From the NCBI GenBank assembly GCA_963716725.1, contig CAVQUB010000018.1:1-64000 (forward strand): 64,000 bases of DNA. Reading direction: 5' to 3'. This stretch comes from an uncultured delta proteobacterium (GTDB taxonomy: Bacteria; Myxococcota_A; Polyangia; Polyangiales; Polyangiaceae). Every line of letters starts with the position of its first letter. The stretch's first letter is position 1. A model generated the notes under the pieces. That model did no database searches. It was not told the origin of the DNA and saw only the letters and a list, made by a program, of their open reading frames with translations. Made by a program: the position numbers and the translations under genes. Shown here one piece after another: positions 57,465 through 64,000 of the stretch.

Positions 57465-57503
57465 AGAGCCCGCGGCGCGACGCGTCGCGGGCTCTTGATT
57501 TTT
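57465..57503 (+). terminator. Intrinsic terminator between convergent genes
   Basis: AGAGCCCGCG...CGCGGGCTCT followed by TGATTTTT. Confidence 0.75.
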
Positions 57504-57511
57504 GTCTTCAG

Positions 57512-58204
57512 CTACTTGCGCACGGCCTTGGTCGGCGTGAGCGGGTTCACGCGCTCGAAGGCCTCGGTCAAGAAGCGATCGCGGACCTTGCGCGCCTGCT
57601 CGGGCTGATCGCGCCAGGGCACCGCCACGGCGTAGATCAGGCAGGCGTCCGGGTAGGCGGGATAGGCGGCCCAGGCGGCGGAGAACTCGCGCCGCGAGAA
57701 GCCGACGTCGGCGTAGCCGTCGACGAAGCGGATGGTGAGCGGCTGGTCGCGCCACTTGCTGATGCGCTCGCCGATGGCGTCGAGCTTCGGCTCGAAGCTC
57801 TTGGATCGGGCCCGCGCCCAGGTCTCGAAGCGCCGCGCGCAGGTCTTGCTGTCGACCGTGACCCCGGGCTCGACGTCGTGCACGAACGCCAGGGTGATCA
57901 CGTGGTGGTCGTCGCCGTAGCGAAAGCCCAAGAAGTGCTCGACGCCCCAGTAGCGGACCCGCTTCCACTTGCCGGTGTCGGGCAGCGGCACCAGCAGCTG
58001 GTTGTCCTTGTCGCCGCGATCGCCCCACGCCTCTTTGATCTGGCGATCGAGGGCGGCAAAGTGGGGGTCGTGGGCGTCCCCGCCCGGCTCGGCCACGGTC
58101 ACGGTGGCGGGACGGGGCGGCGCCCCCGGAGGCTGGGTGTTCGTGGCGCTGGATCCGCAGCCGGCAGCCGCGAGCGCGAGGGGGAGGGCCAGTGCCCGGG
58201 GCAT
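57512..58204 (-). CDS. Hypothetical lipoprotein
   Basis: MPRALALPLALAAAGC lipobox; coding-like codon usage. Confidence 0.75.
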   Translation of the reverse strand: MPRALALPLALAAAGCGSSATNTQPPGAPPRPATVTVAEPGGDAHDPHFAALDRQIKEAWGDRGDKDNQLLVPLPDTGKWKRVRYWGVEHFLGFRYGDDHHVITLAFVHDVEPGVTVDSKTCARRFETWARARSKSFEPKLDAIGERISKWRDQPLTIRFVDGYADVGFSRREFSAAWAAYPAYPDACLIYAVAVPWRDQPEQARKVRDRFLTEAFERVNPLTPTKAVRK

Positions 58205-58273
58205 GTGGGTTGGACGGACCACGTGACACAATGATGGACCGAGCGGCGACCCCTGCCAACGCGGGCTCGCAAT

Positions 58274-58945
58274 TCACTCGATCGTCGGCCCCAGCGTGAC
58301 AGTGACGCCGACGCCGAGCTGAGCCACAGCGGTGATGGGCGGCGTCTCTCGCCGGCCGTCGGCGCTCGAAGCAGCCCCGCCGCCTTCGGCGGGCCCGGCC
58401 CTGCCGAGCCACATCCAGTCAGCCCGCGCTCGGGGACCCATTTTCAGGTGGTCCCAGACGATCACGTCCAACCCCAAGCCCACGCCCATGCCGACGAACG
58501 CGGGGATCGGGTCCACGTCTGGCGCAGAGGCTCCCATGGTCGGAAAGCTCAGCGCGTACTCGAGCCACCCGTCGAGGCGCGCCGTTCGCAAGGGATAGAG
58601 TCGCGCCGCGAAGCGATAGAACGTCACGTGTGCGGCCAAATCCCTGCCTTCGGGCCGCCATCGAAACCACGCTCGGTCCCACCCCACGCCGATGGCGTAC
58701 GAGGGGGCGGGACGGATGATGGCCGAGAAGCCCGCGGCGTAGCCGAACGTCTCGGAGTCGGAGCATCCGAAGCCGCAGTGCGCCGCTGCCCCGCCGCCAT
58801 GCACGCCGAGCTCGACGGCGCGCCGTGGGAACACGCGCGGCTCCCGCTCGGGGTGTGCCACCACCGGACGAAGCTGTGCGAGGACGATCAGGGTCAGCGT
58901 CCAGACGGCCATTGCAAGTCCCCAGGGTGAGAGTCCGAATCGCAT
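58274..58945 (-). CDS. Putative outer membrane beta-barrel protein
   Basis: Signal-like N-terminus; amphipathic strands GMGVGLGLDV and QLGVGVTVTL. Confidence 0.55.
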   Translation of the reverse strand: MRFGLSPWGLAMAVWTLTLIVLAQLRPVVAHPEREPRVFPRRAVELGVHGGGAAAHCGFGCSDSETFGYAAGFSAIIRPAPSYAIGVGWDRAWFRWRPEGRDLAAHVTFYRFAARLYPLRTARLDGWLEYALSFPTMGASAPDVDPIPAFVGMGVGLGLDVIVWDHLKMGPRARADWMWLGRAGPAEGGGAASSADGRRETPPITAVAQLGVGVTVTLGPTIE

Positions 58946-59024
58946 GGTCTACTCCGGGTCAGTTCCGTGCAAGCGCCCGGGGAAGGTCCGCCGCGGGGCG
59001 GGCGTAGTGGGGAGCACCCAGCCC

Positions 59025-59312
59025 ATGCCCAAGCGCAGAGCAGTGATTGTCGCCCTCACGGGGGGAGCGCTGGCGGTGCTCAGCCCTGTCGCGGGCGTCG
59101 GGCTGACGGCTCTCTTCACCTCCTGCTCGTTCTCGGCAGCCGGCAGCGTGCCGGCTGAGTCCCGCGCCGCTCACGTGGCCAACGGCATCGACAGCGCGAT
59201 GAGTTACACCATCGCAGGTGGCGCGGTCGGCGCAGTCGGTCTCGTGACCGTCGTCGTGGGGCTGATTCTGCTCTTGCGCGCCCACCCCGCCGACGCGCCG
59301 GATCGGCCCTGA
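59025..59312 (+). CDS. Small membrane protein resembling the MotA/TolQ/ExbB C-terminal hairpin
   Basis: SPVAGVGLT...SF...ANGIDSAMSYTIAG parallels APxxGLLGT...AF...AGGIxxALxTTAxG. Confidence 0.55.
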   Translation: MPKRRAVIVALTGGALAVLSPVAGVGLTALFTSCSFSAAGSVPAESRAAHVANGIDSAMSYTIAGGAVGAVGLVTVVVGLILLLRAHPADAPDRP

Positions 59313-59351
59313 CGCGATCCGATCCCGGCGCGAAACTTCTGGCCCCCGCGC

Positions 59352-60431
59352 TCAGACCTCGAAGGTCTTCAGCCGGATCGCGTTCGGATCGGCCACGCCC
59401 AGGCCGAGCTCGCCCGCGGTGCGGATGTAACGCGGCTCGCGCTTGGCGTCCTTCAGGCTCTTCAGGCCCTTTTCTTTGCGCAACTCGTCCACGAGCTGCC
59501 AGCCCACGGTGTCCATCGCCACGGGATCAGTGGCGGCGTAGACCGCGCCGTAGACGAGGCGCGTCTTCGGGTCTTTGTCGAGGGGGCCCCTGTCGTACAT
59601 CACCTTGAACGCGTCCGTGATGTGCAGCCGCACCCGGCTGGTGACGATCGGGTGGTTGTAGAGAATGGCGATCTGCGGGCTGGCCAGGTGCGCGTGGTGA
59701 TCTTCGGGGTTGTTGATGTTGCCGTGGGTGATGTTCTTGAGCGTGCCGGTGTAGCCGCAGATGGAGTGATCTTTGATCTGCGTCATGTCGATCACCGCCG
59801 TCGCCTCGAGCAGCTGCCGGCAGTACTTGGTCCCGACTCCCTGGTAGACCTTGATCTCCGGCATCGGGTGGTCGTTGTTGTTGTGGGTGCCAGCCCTGAC
59901 GCCCGCCGGGAGCTTGAAGCTCCGGACGTTCACCCGACAGCCCGCGAGGTAGGACGGGTACTGCTCGTAGACCATGATCTTGTCTGGCGGCACGCCAAGC
60001 GCGAGCACGGCCTCGACCACGGGCAAGATGAGCTCGAAGTTCACGGCCATGGTGGCGCCCTTCTGACCCGCGATGCCATTGGGCTTGATGGCAACGACGT
60101 CGTTCTTGTGGATGAACTTCTTCATCGCCTCGACCGCGCTCGACGCGCCGGTGAGCTCCATCATCGCCTTCTCGAACAGGCGCTTCGCGACCTCGGCCTT
60201 GGGCCAGAGCATATTCGGCTGCATCACCCCGTCGGCGTCGCCCTTCGCGGTGACCTTCACCACCTTGCCGGGGACGGCCATGGGCGAGAATCCGGCGGGT
60301 GGCGCGGCTACCAAGGGGGGCTGCGGCTTGGCCTGGGCCTGGGCGCTCGACTCGAGCGTCGCCGCCGTGGCCAGAGCGGAGGCGCCGGCGAGGAGCGTGC
60401 GGCGCGAGACCGGAGCGGGATTTCGGCTCAT
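59352..60431 (-). CDS. DUF362 domain protein with a Tat signal
   Basis: SRRTLL twin-arginine motif; DVVAIKPN, IKDHSICGYTGTLKN, ATDPVAMD. Confidence 0.85.
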   Translation of the reverse strand: MSRNPAPVSRRTLLAGASALATAATLESSAQAQAKPQPPLVAAPPAGFSPMAVPGKVVKVTAKGDADGVMQPNMLWPKAEVAKRLFEKAMMELTGASSAVEAMKKFIHKNDVVAIKPNGIAGQKGATMAVNFELILPVVEAVLALGVPPDKIMVYEQYPSYLAGCRVNVRSFKLPAGVRAGTHNNNDHPMPEIKVYQGVGTKYCRQLLEATAVIDMTQIKDHSICGYTGTLKNITHGNINNPEDHHAHLASPQIAILYNHPIVTSRVRLHITDAFKVMYDRGPLDKDPKTRLVYGAVYAATDPVAMDTVGWQLVDELRKEKGLKSLKDAKREPRYIRTAGELGLGVADPNAIRLKTFEV

Positions 60432-61945
60432 GAGTTTCGCGTACCACGCGGGCTTTCTTCGGGCAAACTGGGGGGTCCGTCGTCGTCGTCGTCGTCCTCC
60501 GCGCTCGTCTCGGACGCGGGCTCATCACCCGCACCCCTTCGGGTGTTCCGCAGCGGCGCACCCGCCGCGCGGAAGATCACGACCCCGGCCGCCCCGCCGA
60601 TCAGCGTCAGAACGAGCCATCCCCAGAGCACGCGTCGTCGGTCATCAGGGAAACGCGACCCGATCTGCACGATGCCATCGCCGAAGTCTCCACGCGGAGC
60701 CATCTCTTCGTGTTGGTCGCGACGCTCGGCGGCGCGGGTGCAGGGCTCGCCGGCCGCCAGTCGCGGGCCGTCGTACACGCCTCGGTAAATGTCAGCGGCT
60801 ATCGGAAGGTTGCCGTCGTGGTCGAGCCCCGTCTCGCACACCGGCCACGCATCCACCAGCGACGATCGGTAGCGAGCGACATCGTAGGTACGAGGCACCG
60901 CGTACGCGAGCGCGGCGAGCGCCGCCAACAGGAACACACCACGAGCGCCGTAAGGCGACGATGCCAAGAGTTGGCGCACGATCAACGCCGCCCCCACTGC
61001 CCCCGCCACGAACAGCAGCGCGGTGGTCGGAGCCTCGGTGCCGGGCGCGCCGCGCACGGCGTCGGAGAGCGCGCCGACGGAGGTGGCGGCGCTGAGCGCG
61101 TCCCAGCAGGGGAACAACGCGACCAAGACCAGGACGAGGGAGGCCGCCAGGTTCCGGGAGCCTGCGCCAGCGGGAGCAGGGCGGGGCGCCGGTGGGGCGG
61201 ATTCGGGCTCCGATTCGGGCTCGATCGGCGGCTCATCGACCTCGACCGCGGGGTCGGGACGGGCGCTGGCGGCCGCGCGCCTCACCCGCCGTGCGAGATC
61301 GATCAGCAGGGCGGCGAGGGCGATCTGGACCACCAGCAAGATCCCTCGCTGGGTCTCGTTCTGAGCGGCGACGGACGACGCGAGCAGGCGGTGCAACGGA
61401 AAGGCGGTATCGATGACGACGAAGGCGAACGCCGCTCCAACCTCGCTCTGCGGCGCACGCGCGTCGAGCGCTGCCGCCATGCGCGCCAGGGCGAGCACCA
61501 ACGCCACCAGGCCAACGGCTCGCGCTGAAGCGGCCAGCACCCAGAGTTCTCGGGTCGAAATCGACTCGGAGCCACCGCCGCCCGCGCCGAGCAGCAGCGC
61601 CACGCTCGCGAGTCCGACCACCACGAACGCTCCCGCCGCCACCAAGGCGGGCGTCACCGCCCGCGTCGAGGGCGGCACGCGAGTCAGCCGCAGCAACGCC
61701 GCCACCAACGCCACCGACGACACAGTGTAGAAACCCTGGAACCCCACCGACACCAACGTCATGACGACGAGCGCACCGGGATCCTTCGCGGCGACGCCAG
61801 CTGCCAGCTGCATGCTTTGAAGCTGCACGCCCGCGCTGCCCAAGGTCAGGACGACCCAGACGCCGATCAACCAACCGAGACCGGAGCGCACCGAGATCCA
61901 GCTCGCGGTGCGCGCCAGCTCTCGACGTCCGCGCGCGGTCACCAT
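60428..61945 (-). CDS. Multi-pass membrane protein, hypothetical
   Basis: About ten hydrophobic segments; ATGA overlap with the DUF362 gene. Confidence 0.65.
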   Translation of the reverse strand: MVTARGRRELARTASWISVRSGLGWLIGVWVVLTLGSAGVQLQSMQLAAGVAAKDPGALVVMTLVSVGFQGFYTVSSVALVAALLRLTRVPPSTRAVTPALVAAGAFVVVGLASVALLLGAGGGGSESISTRELWVLAASARAVGLVALVLALARMAAALDARAPQSEVGAAFAFVVIDTAFPLHRLLASSVAAQNETQRGILLVVQIALAALLIDLARRVRRAAASARPDPAVEVDEPPIEPESEPESAPPAPRPAPAGAGSRNLAASLVLVLVALFPCWDALSAATSVGALSDAVRGAPGTEAPTTALLFVAGAVGAALIVRQLLASSPYGARGVFLLAALAALAYAVPRTYDVARYRSSLVDAWPVCETGLDHDGNLPIAADIYRGVYDGPRLAAGEPCTRAAERRDQHEEMAPRGDFGDGIVQIGSRFPDDRRRVLWGWLVLTLIGGAAGVVIFRAAGAPLRNTRRGAGDEPASETSAEDDDDDDGPPSLPEESPRGTRNS

Positions 61946-61980
61946 GGCGAAGGCATCATGGCCGAGGTCCGATGGCGATC

Positions 61981-62009
61981 GCCATGGCGAAGCAGGGTTT
62001 CGCCATGGC
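61981..62009. promoter_or_regulatory. 11-bp inverted repeat (candidate bEBP enhancer site)
   Basis: GCCATGGCGAA-N7-TTCGCCATGGC; half-site CCATGGCGAAG also at 61942. Confidence 0.45.
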
Positions 62010-62049
62010 CGCTACGACTCCCGGGGCCGAAAACCAGCCCCGACCGCCC

Positions 62050-62065
62050 TGGCACGACCTTCGCA
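62050..62065 (+). promoter_or_regulatory. Sigma54 -24/-12 promoter candidate
   Basis: TGGCACGACCTTCGCA = TGGCACG-N4-TCGCA with exact GG-N10-GC spacing, about 52 bp before the ATG at 62118. Confidence 0.65.
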
Positions 62066-62117
62066 ATTCACTCGCTCGAGCGCACGGCACGACGCCGTGA
62101 CCACGGAGGATAGCAGC

Positions 62118-62366
62118 ATGAAAGACGGAAAATTGAAGGTCGCCTACGTCATCACCCAGCGCAACGGCAAGAACCACTGGACCAGGATCGGCGTCGGCTT
62201 CGTGAACCGAGACGGATCCATCAACATCAAGCTCGAGGCCGTGCCGGTGTCCGGCGAGCTGCAGATTCGGGACCAGGTCCCGCGGGAGAACAACCTGACG
62301 TTGGTGGGCCGCGACCAAGGCAAGAACGGTCACGCGACGGTCGAGCCCGTCGCCGAGCTGGGGTGA
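62118..62366 (+). CDS. Small beta-rich protein (WTRIG-x2-FVNRDGS motif), possibly nucleic-acid binding
   Basis: RBS GGAGGA; MKDGKLKVAYVITQRNGKNHWTRIGVGFVNRDGSINIKLEAVPVSGELQIRD. Confidence 0.8.
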   Translation: MKDGKLKVAYVITQRNGKNHWTRIGVGFVNRDGSINIKLEAVPVSGELQIRDQVPRENNLTLVGRDQGKNGHATVEPVAELG

Positions 62367-62884
62367 ACGTCATGGCGACCCCGGATGCCAACGAAGCAAC
62401 TAGCCACCGGAGCCCTTGGTTTCCGGTGGCGCTCAAGGTCGGCGGCATCGCGGCGCTCCTGATCGGGCTCGCCGGCATCGGCGCCGCATCGATGATCCTG
62501 GGCGATGGCGGCGTGGCCGTCGCCCGGGGCGCGGCGCCGGCGACCAGCAGCGCGGCGTCAGAGGCTCGAGCACCGGCCCCGCTGGCCTCGACGGGTCCAC
62601 GCGCGCCGAGCGCTGGCGTCACGGCCGACGGCAAGGTGATCCTGAACCTCGCCGAGGCCGACGATCTGCGGCGCCTTCCCGGCATCGGGCAGCGGCGCGC
62701 CGAGGCCATCCTGGAGCTGCGCGGCAGGCTGAAGCGCTTTCGACGAGTGTCGGACTTGCTTCGAGTGCGCGGGATCGGCGTGCGTGCGCTGAGGCGCATC
62801 ACGCCGCTGGTGGTGCTCGATCCGCCCAAGCCACCCGCGAGTCCAGACGCCGGGGCCGATGCGGCGGACGGCGCGATCCACTAA
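62363..62884 (+). CDS. comEA: ComEA family helix-hairpin-helix DNA-binding protein
   Basis: N-terminal TM helix; LNLAEADDLRRLPGIGQRRAEAIL...FRRVSDLLRVRGIG. Confidence 0.88.
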   Translation: MNVMATPDANEATSHRSPWFPVALKVGGIAALLIGLAGIGAASMILGDGGVAVARGAAPATSSAASEARAPAPLASTGPRAPSAGVTADGKVILNLAEADDLRRLPGIGQRRAEAILELRGRLKRFRRVSDLLRVRGIGVRALRRITPLVVLDPPKPPASPDAGADAADGAIH

Positions 62885-62893
62885 GCTGCGCGC

Positions 62894-63790
62894 GTGCTCC
62901 GCCAGCTCTCGCGTACTTCGGGCGCCATCGCTCTCGCGCTGCTGGTCGCCTGGGCCTGCACGGCGGCGCCACCGCCTGCCACCGAACCGAGCCCGCCGCT
63001 GGTGGGCCCAGGCGCTCCGACGCCCACGCCCGCCGACGCCTCGGTGGCGCCGGCCGTCGACGCGAGTGCGGACGCTTCGGTGGACGTGTCGGCACGCGAG
63101 CGCTGTCCCGCCGACATGCTGCACGTCGCCCGCGACTTCTGCACCAAGGTGGATCGCCAGTGCCTGAAGAGCGAGTACGACAAAGCCAACCACATCACCA
63201 TCTGCCACCGCTTCAAGCCCGGCAGCACCCAGTGCGTCGGGCCGCGGTTGGCTTTGGACTACTGCATCGACCGCTACGAGTATCCGAACGAAAAGGGCGC
63301 GCACCAGCCGGTGATGGTCAGCTTCTACGACGGCAGCGGGCTGTGCGCGGCCAAGGGCAAGCGACTCTGCTACGAGAGCGAATGGACCGCGGCCTGCGAA
63401 GGCCCCGGCGAGACGCCCTTCCCCTATGGCTGGGAGCGATCGGCCGAGAAGTGCAACATCGACAACGCCTGGGTGAACCCGAGCTTGAAGAAGATTTATT
63501 CCAACGATCCGGCGCTGCGTGACGCAGAGCTCGCGCGACTGGATCGCAGCGTGCCGAGCGGATCGATGCCCGGCTGTGTCAGCGGCGACGGCGTGCACGA
63601 CCTGACGGGCAACGTCGATGAGTGGGTGCTGGCCGATCGGGATCGCCCCGAAGAAAAGGGGCGTTTCTCTGCGCTCAAGGGCGGCGCCTGGGGCCACGTG
63701 CGCAACGCCTGCCGTCCCGTGACGACCAGTCACGCGCCCGAATTCACGTACTACTTCGTGAGCTTTCGCTGCTGCAAAGATCCGGGTTGA
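62894..63790 (+). CDS. FGE-sulfatase (SUMF1/EgtB/PvdO) domain lipoprotein
   Basis: CPADM, CIDRYEYPN, KRLCYESEWTAACEG, GVHDLTGNVDEW, SFRCC. Confidence 0.85.
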   Translation: MLRQLSRTSGAIALALLVAWACTAAPPPATEPSPPLVGPGAPTPTPADASVAPAVDASADASVDVSARERCPADMLHVARDFCTKVDRQCLKSEYDKANHITICHRFKPGSTQCVGPRLALDYCIDRYEYPNEKGAHQPVMVSFYDGSGLCAAKGKRLCYESEWTAACEGPGETPFPYGWERSAEKCNIDNAWVNPSLKKIYSNDPALRDAELARLDRSVPSGSMPGCVSGDGVHDLTGNVDEWVLADRDRPEEKGRFSALKGGAWGHVRNACRPVTTSHAPEFTYYFVSFRCCKDPG

Positions 63791-63998
63791 CCACTGCGCC
63801 GCGCAGCGCGCGCAAGAGCGGCTCGATCTGTGCTCGCCGCAGCTTGAACTGCGCGCGATTGGCGACCAGCACGCTGGACACCTCGGCGACCAACTCGCGC
63901 TCCTCGAGGTCGTTTTCGACCAACGTGGTTCCGGTCTCGACCAGATCGACGATCAAGTGCGCGAGCCCGACCAACGGCGCGAGCTCGACCGAGCCCTG
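63744..63998 (-). CDS. hisG: ATP phosphoribosyltransferase (short form), 3' part only
   Basis: GSVELAPLVGLAHLIVDLVETGTTLVENDL is the HisG signature. Confidence 0.9.
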   Translation of the reverse strand, partial: QGSVELAPLVGLAHLIVDLVETGTTLVENDLEERELVAEVSSVLVANRAQFKLRRAQIEPLLRALRGAVVNPDLCSSESSRSST

Positions 63999-64000
63999 CA

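Noticed and set aside
1..64000. rRNA, tRNA, CRISPR arrays, IS elements, known anti-phage systems
   Set aside because: None recognisable by eye; intergenic gaps are short. A covariance-model scan would be needed to exclude small ncRNAs

Overview
High-GC, gene-dense bacterial chromosome segment. Gene content points to Myxococcota, probably Polyangiaceae-like (inference): many Cys/Gly-rich lipoproteins, three Hanks-type Ser/Thr kinases, a MYXO-CTERM-like tail, and sigma54-type and ECF regulators. About 56 CDS are supported. I saw no rRNA, tRNA, CRISPR array or transposase. Main blocks: (1) an ECF sigma/anti-sigma pair divergent from a frameshifted polysaccharide deacetylase; (2) a compact cd1 nitrite reductase cluster (lipoprotein NirS with an extra N-terminal c-heme domain, nirJ, nirF, fused nirDL/GH-like), followed by a CARDB-repeat protein and a degenerate bEBP; (3) an abm-like acyl-CoA module; (4) an apparent operon of Ser/Thr kinase-HEAT, degenerate HD-GYP/DUF4388-like protein and a Zn-finger-fused bacterial histone, followed by a MepA-like peptidase lipoprotein; (5) a cNMP-domain kinase operon; (6) a SpoIVB S55 protease/beta-propeller pair; (7) an integrase core-binding-like domain fused to PilZ; (8) a sigma54-type promoter ahead of a small beta-rich protein, comEA and an FGE-family gene; (9) the 3' end of hisG. 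Two +1 frameshifts both sit directly 5' of GAGATC, suggesting methylation-linked sequencing errors. All domain calls come from motif recognition by eye, not database searches.
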